NCBI RefSeq assembly: GCF_024521635.1
Contig: NW_026250429.1
Location: 496,001-535,094 of the forward strand
DNA length: 39,094 bases
Direction: 5' to 3'
Source: Tricharina praecox
Lineage: Eukaryota
The translations under genes were made by a program, and so were the position numbers. Positions 33,342-39,094 of the stretch are shown here, in pieces; the first letter of the stretch is position 1, and each line of letters starts with the position of its first letter. The notes below the pieces were generated by a model, which made no database searches, was not told the DNA's origin, and saw only the letters and a program-made list of their open reading frames with translations.

Positions 33342-35374
33342 TCAAGTCATAGCACTCTGCCGTCTCGCCCTGACATGTGTCCGTTCGTCGCCTGCGGCGC
33401 TCGCACGCCTAGCGCGAGCAGCATCGATTCGGCGACGTCTAGCCACCGCTTCGCTCTCATCTGGAGAAGCTGATCGCGAGCGGGATCTAGAGCGCGAACG
33501 GGATCGGGCGGACTGACGTCCTCGTTCAACTTCCGCTGGGTCGGGAAGGAGCGAGGTGACCAGTGCGGACGTTCGGCGCTTTCGAGCTGTGAGAAAACTC
33601 GGCTTTGCGTCGTCTTCGTCGGTGATGGAGGTGCTCGTGCGGGATTTCTTGCTGCGCTCAGGCTCCTCCGTGTCGCCGTCCGTGAGGGGCCGCGGCTTCT
33701 TGGTTGTTGTCTCGGGTTCCTGGAACGCTGGGAGGTCGTGCCAGTTTGCTTCTTCTGTATTAAAATCTGCGTCTTCGGGTTTGGTGATAGGTGTGGATGG
33801 AGTTGTGTGCTCCTTCTTGTTGGTCGATGTTCGTCGGACCTTTCCCTCACCCGTGACAGCGTCCACGAAGCCCTTCTCTTCGCGGCGGAGCTTAGTACCT
33901 AGTTTGGGCTCTGCGTAGTTGACAACCGCACGGGCCCTTCGCGAGCCGCGACCGGTGGCTGTGGAGACTACGGCGGCTGGATCGGAGTCGGGCGGTGGTG
34001 TGTCGCTGTCCCGAACGATCTTGCTGCGGTAGGTCCGAGTCGTGGTTGGTGGGGGCTTGTCGGAGATCCTCCCTTTGGCGGGGTAGTCGAACTTTTGAGG
34101 GAGGGCCTTCATAGGGGATTGGATGGGATCTGCATTTGTGCTCTCTGTGAAGTATTAGCATGCCGCTTGTCTGTGGAATAACTGGGAGGTTCTTACTGGG
34201 TCCCAAAGCTTTCCGGGCAGCTAGTGATGGTACCGCTCCACTGCTGCTGGACAACCGCTTGTGCTTGGTGGGCGCATTCTCGACATCTGTATCTGTAGCC
34301 ACTTCTACATCCTCTTCCCTGGACTTTCGGATCTTCTTTGGCAGGTCGTTCTTAGTGTCGTGCTTCTCGTCCTTGTGCCGTTTCGGCTGCTCACTATCCG
34401 TCTTCCGCTTCGACACGTCCCTTTCATTGAGCTTCGAGAATTTAAAGTCAAGGCTGTCGAGCTCAGGCGAATCCAGCAAATGATCGGGATCCTTCTCGTC
34501 GAATTTCCGCTTCGGGGGTTTGCTGAGTAGCGAATTTGTAGGCTCAGGGGCAGCATCGGGGAGTACATCCGATTGTCGGATGAATTGACTGTCACGCCGC
34601 TTTCGCGATCGTGGCTCGACGTTGAACATTGGCGGTGGTGGGGCAGGGGCGTCTTGGAGTTCGGCGTCTTGGAGTTCGGCCTCCGGTTCAAGTTCGTAGT
34701 TTTCCAGCGCTGCTGTTGGGAGAAGCTCGATCTCCGCCAACCCGAAGCTGTGCCTCCTCGGTGGTTCCCTCATCAAACTGCCCCCGCGACCCAGACCCTG
34801 ATCCTCCTCCTCAATGCACGGCATAGTCGGTTCCAACCCTTCACCCGCCAAATATGAGTTCCGCATCATTCTCGACTCGGAACATGGCGACCCCTCATCA
34901 TCATCTCCGAACGACTCCCTGCTTCGCAATATCGGCGGATTGCTCAGCTTCTGCAACAGCACATTCATCTCCAACACCTTCGCCTGCAATTGCATCGCTG
35001 TCACTCTGTTGTCTTCGATGACCTGTATATCCTTCTCGCGGCGCTCGAGTGCGACTTCAAGGTGTAACACACGTTGCGATAGCGAGGCGTTTTCGGTCAA
35101 CAGGCGAGTCTGTTCGCGTTGGAGGGCTTGGATCCGCAGGGCTTGCTCGGCGTTGGCACTATCGGACGAAGCATTAGACATGTGCATCAATAGATCTAAG
35201 AGGGAGCACGAACTTGGTGAACTCTTGATTTTGCCGTTTGAAGCGTTGCCTTACTACTGGCAGTGCTCGTCAGCAAACACTCGAATGGTGGACCATACAC
35301 GTCATCGGAGACCCACAGGCATCGTAAGAATCGGAGGTGGTTGTGGGTTTTGCTCCCTCATTTAGTCGGGCCAT
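33342..35374 (-). CDS. SGO1: Shugoshin (Sgo1/Sgo2 family centromeric cohesion protector), 620 aa
   Basis: Exons 35374-35317, 35253-35214, 35158-34197, 34144-33342 (1863 nt). The spliced N-terminus MARLNE...DALRQRFKRQNQEFTNANAEQALRIQALQREQTRLLTEN is the shugoshin coiled coil. Also RKALGPKSTN and the basic SGO motif GRGSRRARAVVNYAEPKLGTKLRR. Confidence 0.9.
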
Positions 35375-35785
35375 CTCTTGGGGATCTCCTCCGCCGTCTC
35401 GCAGACGCGTATATGGTGTGGTTGGACAGCGTTTCGTCCGACGAGGTTGAGGTTTGTTGACGAGGGGGACAGCACAGCTGACGAGGGGACTTCCTCAGTG
35501 CTGACTCGCCCGGAGTGCTGCAATAACAAGCTGGAGTACTGCAGCCGTCGAGGAGAGATCGCCACCTGGGTTGCTGGGGAGGTATTGATGGTGGTTGGTG
35601 GTTGGTGGCAGGCGGTCGGTATTACTCCGTTTTGGTGTTGGGTTCCTGTACTTCTCTTTGTTTTCGAAGCGAGACGGACGAGAACCACAGAAGACGAAGG
35701 GTTTGTTGACCTTTCACCTAACACGGTTAAAGCGTTATTTTAGCAGCGCGGGACATCCGTCGTGACGGTAACGAGATAAAGAAAA

Positions 35786-35793
35786 TCACGTGA
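35786..35793. promoter_or_regulatory. TCACGTGA palindrome (Cbf1/bHLH E-box-like site) in the SGO1-DAD2 divergent promoter
   Basis: aaaatcacgtgactc. A similar GTCACGTG lies upstream of NUP133 at 4701-4708. Function is inferred only. Confidence 0.4.
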
Positions 35794-35883
35794 CTCGGCG
35801 AGCGCGAGAGCCACTCATCCCCGCCACAAACACAAGACACTGCATCCCACCATCATCACGATTGCCATCTCCAACACGACGAT

Positions 35884-36441
35884 ATGTCCGGCTTCCAGTC
35901 TTCACGCTACTCTATCGCTCCACATGGCCGGCAGTCCTCGCTATCGGGGTCCGGTTCATTGGGACTGGGCTCCACCGCACCACAGCCCGCCCTCGTCGCG
36001 CGCATCAACGAGAAGAAGCAAGAGCTAGAGAATCTCATTGCGCTCCGCGACCTCAGCGCAAACCTCGCGTCGCAGATGTCACAGATCGAGGAGAAGCTTT
36101 CCACGTTGACCGACGGAACAGAAGGTTAGCTACCTGCCACGCCATCCACACGAGGAACACCGTGCTGATCGCAAACACACAGCCGTCGCCGCAGTCCTCT
36201 CGAACTGGGGCGCCATCCTGCGCGCTATTTCCATGGCTTCCAGTATTTTCAGTTCCTGGCAAAGACGCTCGAGCTCTACTGATGCGTCCCTACAGCGGCG
36301 ATTCCGAAACCGAAGGGCCCAGAAGACCCATTCACCGAGCGGCCCGAGACTGCCGATGACGGCTTTCCCAAGAACGAGGACGGCTTACCGATGCCTCAGA
36401 CGCTCGTTAGGCTACCGATGCAAGATACAAAGGATTCGTAG
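35884..36441 (+). CDS. DAD2: DASH/Dam1 complex subunit Dad2, 148 aa
   Basis: Exons 35884-36124, 36183-36242, 36296-36441 (447 nt). LVARINEKKQELENL..LRDLS..LASQM..IEEKLSTLTDGTEAVAAVLSNWGAILRAISMAS and C-terminal PQTLVRLP match Dad2. Confidence 0.92.
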
Positions 36442-36842
36442 TGGGAGGGTGCGGTTGGGGTACTCTATTTACTTGGGCTTGTGGGAGGCGTTTGTGGAGT
36501 TTTGGGTGTCTGGTTTCCATACATATTTTCTGCTCTGCTCTAGGAGTTTAGGTACTCTATTGTGGGGTGTAGATTATGGAGGAATTGAGTGTTTTGGGCT
36601 CACCGGCTCCGCCGAGCTGCACAGTGGCGATGGCGTGCGCGGGGCGGCAGTGTTGAATATGTGAGGTCTTTGCCAAGATGTGGGGTTATCGTTCCCGCAC
36701 GGTCGGTGCTTGAAACGACCGCGTGAAACTTTGCAGCATGAAACGAGAACCTTTCTGGCACTGACATCATCCCGCAACTTACCAATCCGACCCGACACAC
36801 ACAACATCACGCCAACGCCAATACACAGGTAACTGGTCGGAA

Positions 36843-37657
36843 ATGGCGCACAATCACTCCCACGGCCAGTCCTGCAATAGCGAGAGTCACGATCACGATC
36901 ATGACCATAGTCATGGCGGCGAGCACACTCACGATGGTGTGTGAACGCATAACTCCCGCAAACACAGATCCTTGCGCTAATTTGGCTGTGCTCGCTCATC
37001 AGACGACTTGACGCCTGCCATCCAGTCCTCCCTCTACCAGCACATCGAGTTCGACAAGATCGTTACGTTCAACGAAGCAACGACGGGCTCCGGAAAAGCC
37101 GTCATCCAGAAGCCATGGGATCAGCGGTTGGATACTACCACAGTGCTGGAGAGTGACGCTGACGAGCAACTGTTGATTTATGTTCCGTAAGCATCCCCGC
37201 CCTCCATTGGCTGTTCACGGCTACGACCACTGACATCTCGGCCAGCTTCACCGGCGACGTCAAACTACACTCCATCCTGATTCGCGCCGACCCCTCCCCC
37301 GGCGCTCCTCGCACACTCAAACTCTTCATCAACCGCGACGACGTCGACTTCACCTCCGCCGCAGACTTGCGCGCGGTGCAGACGCTGGAGATACCGCTTC
37401 CACTCCCCGGACAGGACGTGCTCGAACTGCCGGTAAAGCGGGCGTTGTTCAATAATACGCACTCGCTCACGCTTTTCATCGAGGATAACCAGTCGGATGG
37501 CGAGGAGGATGTGACGAGCCTTAGCTTTCTCGGGTTCAAGGGCGATTTCACGCAGTTGAGAAAGGACGCCGTCGTTGCGTTCTACGAAGCTGCTGCGAAT
37601 CCCGCCGATCACAAGAATCTTGTCCCCGGTGCCCAATACGGGGCCGTGGGACTCTGA
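36843..37657 (+). CDS. PITHD1: PITH-domain protein (PITHD1-like) with His-rich N-terminus, 229 aa
   Basis: Exons 36843-36936, 37003-37186, 37246-37657 (690 nt). Motifs: [83 protein letters not shown]. Confidence 0.9.
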
Positions 37658-37763
37658 AGAACAGTGGGATGGGCCGGATTGGTGTTTCTTTTTTCTCTTC
37701 CTTCTCTTCCTTTCGTTTCTTTTGTTTTCGGTGGTTTTTGATTTCGAATGGCGCGGGGCACAG

Positions 37764-37850
37764 TGGATGGCGTACTCTTGTTCTGCTGCTGGCACACATA
37801 TCTCTGGATGGCCTACCGTACTCTTACTCTGCTGCTGGCACACAAATCTT
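37764..37850. repeat. Imperfect tandem duplication (about 41-46 bp, 2 copies) in the PITH 3' region
   Basis: tggatggc-gtactcttgttctgctgctggcacacatatctc vs tggatggcctaccgtactcttactctgctgctggcacacaaatctt. Confidence 0.8.
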
Positions 37851-38726
37851 CGGATTACATTTTCGATTGACTTTTTTTCTTTCCTTTCCTCCTAGGGAGG
37901 GGGGCGGGGCTGTTCATCCTCTGCTGGCATCGCATTGGACAGCTGCGTGTCTGCAGGACTACTCTAGTTATTCGGTTCGGTGGATCTAGTGCGTGTTCCT
38001 ACCACCAGCCAGCCAACCAACAGCCATGATCATCGCCACCCGACGGTTTCGTCCAAATGTGCCTAAACCACCGAACAGCGTCACTTATCTTCACCACCAC
38101 TCACATGCTCCATCCGCTGCTAGGATACTCCGTCAACCCACTCTCCGTGGGTCCGCCGAGAATAGCCCCAGTGAGCCCCCACCACCGGAAGCATCTCATT
38201 GGGAAACTCGTGCAGAACGCAACATCTGGCAGGAACGTTGTTCGTCGTGCCATGTCAGTGCGCATTCGAAGAGTCTTTTCCTCTCTCGCGGCGGCCAATC
38301 CGCCAGCAAGGCGTGGACATCGTCGATGGTGTTGCATGCGGGCGAGCGTCGGACACTGGGCATCTAGAGTGGAAAGGCAATATAAGAAGACACGCACTGT
38401 GCTCGTTCGTGTCGCCGTTATATTGCAAAACACACTTCCCAATTCACATCGATCCAATCCAATCCGATAACCCGTCTCCAGACCTGTGGCCAGACCTGGG
38501 TTTCTTTCTGCCTTATAACCTGAAGCGAGCATCATCATCACCTTCGATCTCCTCGATTGAGTAGCAAAACATCAACCCCGGATACTGCACCGCCGCCACG
38601 ACCGTCTACATCTCCATTCCGTACTGCAATCGACGACTTCGAACACTCAGTCAATTCTCCCGTATGACCTCCTAATCCATTCCCCGTCAATCCGTGCCTG
38701 ACACCTGCAGCATACACACATTCGCA

Positions 38727-39094
38727 ATGGGTCACCGCACACCGCCACCCCTAGGAACCCCCATGTACCCCTACGTCTACCCGTCGGAGTATTACTCCCC
38801 CGCAATGTATCCTGGATCTCCCATCGTGATGCCCACGATGCCTCCTCTGGAGCCGCTCCCCAGCGGCGCCTACTTCTCACACCCCCACTACCGCCACGCC
38901 GCTCCCCCAAGTCCCGACAACTTCCCGCCCAGCCCGATCCTGCACAGCCAGCACGCACACTCACACCAGACACCGCCGTCGACGCCGCCGTCTTCGTCGG
39001 AGCGGTCGTCGGAGCGGTCGGAGCGCGCCGAGGTCAAGATCCTGCGACAGCTGTGCTCCGCCATCACCAAGATGCAGAGTACCATGAAAGACGT
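38727..39094 (+). CDS. Hypothetical Pro/Tyr/His-rich protein, 5' part only (runs off the right edge)
   Basis: ATG at 38727, open to the end: MGHRTPPPLGTPMYPYVYPSEYYSPAMYPGSP...SSERSSERSERAEVKILRQLCSAITKMQSTMKD. A probable 5'-UTR intron lies at 38662-38710 (GTATGA...CTGAC...CAG). Absent from the ORF track because it has no stop within the window. Confidence 0.55.
   Translation, partial: MGHRTPPPLGTPMYPYVYPSEYYSPAMYPGSPIVMPTMPPLEPLPSGAYFSHPHYRHAAPPSPDNFPPSPILHSQHAHSHQTPPSTPPSSSERSSERSERAEVKILRQLCSAITKMQSTMKD

Noticed and set aside
1367..37657. Stop-codon readthrough (TGA-CTA type) generating cryptic peroxisomal isoforms
   Set aside because: I checked the stop context of all 10 complete genes; none has the TGA CTA readthrough context.
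1..39094. CRISPR array, prophage/defence island or secondary-metabolite cluster
   Set aside because: Eukaryotic housekeeping region with no regularly spaced repeat-spacer array. The single SDR has no neighbouring PKS/NRPS, transporter or cluster transcription factor.

Overview
Eukaryotic, intron-containing genomic DNA from a filamentous ascomycete. Evidence: short GT-AG introns of about 47-100 nt with CTRAC/CTAAT branch points, and fungal orthologue motifs. A Pezizomycete origin is plausible but cannot be shown from this window alone. I assembled 10 complete spliced genes by hand: LST8 (-), cytoplasmic tryptophanyl-tRNA synthetase (+), NUP133 (+), a YCK/Cki-type casein kinase I (-), a classical SDR oxidoreductase (-), BUD6/Aip3 (-), PBP1/ataxin-2 (+), shugoshin (-), DASH subunit DAD2 (+) and a PITH-domain protein (+). 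Two further Pro-rich hypothetical genes are truncated at the window edges. All complete models give exon totals divisible by 3. Intergenic DNA contains microsatellites and polypurine/polypyrimidine tracts. I found no tRNA, rRNA, transposon or CRISPR. This is core housekeeping sequence, and the most interesting signals concern RNA processing. (i) A 432-nt, frame-preserving, stop-free intron (exitron-like) in PBP1 has a second in-phase donor and would insert an RGG box into the Met-rich low-complexity tail. (ii) An oversized TrpRS intron has an internal branch point and acceptor enclosed by a perfect 8-bp stem, and use of that acceptor creates a premature stop (candidate autoregulatory poison-splicing switch). 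(iii) SGO1 and DAD2, both kinetochore genes, sit head-to-head. These are hypotheses that need RNA-seq and comparative checks.
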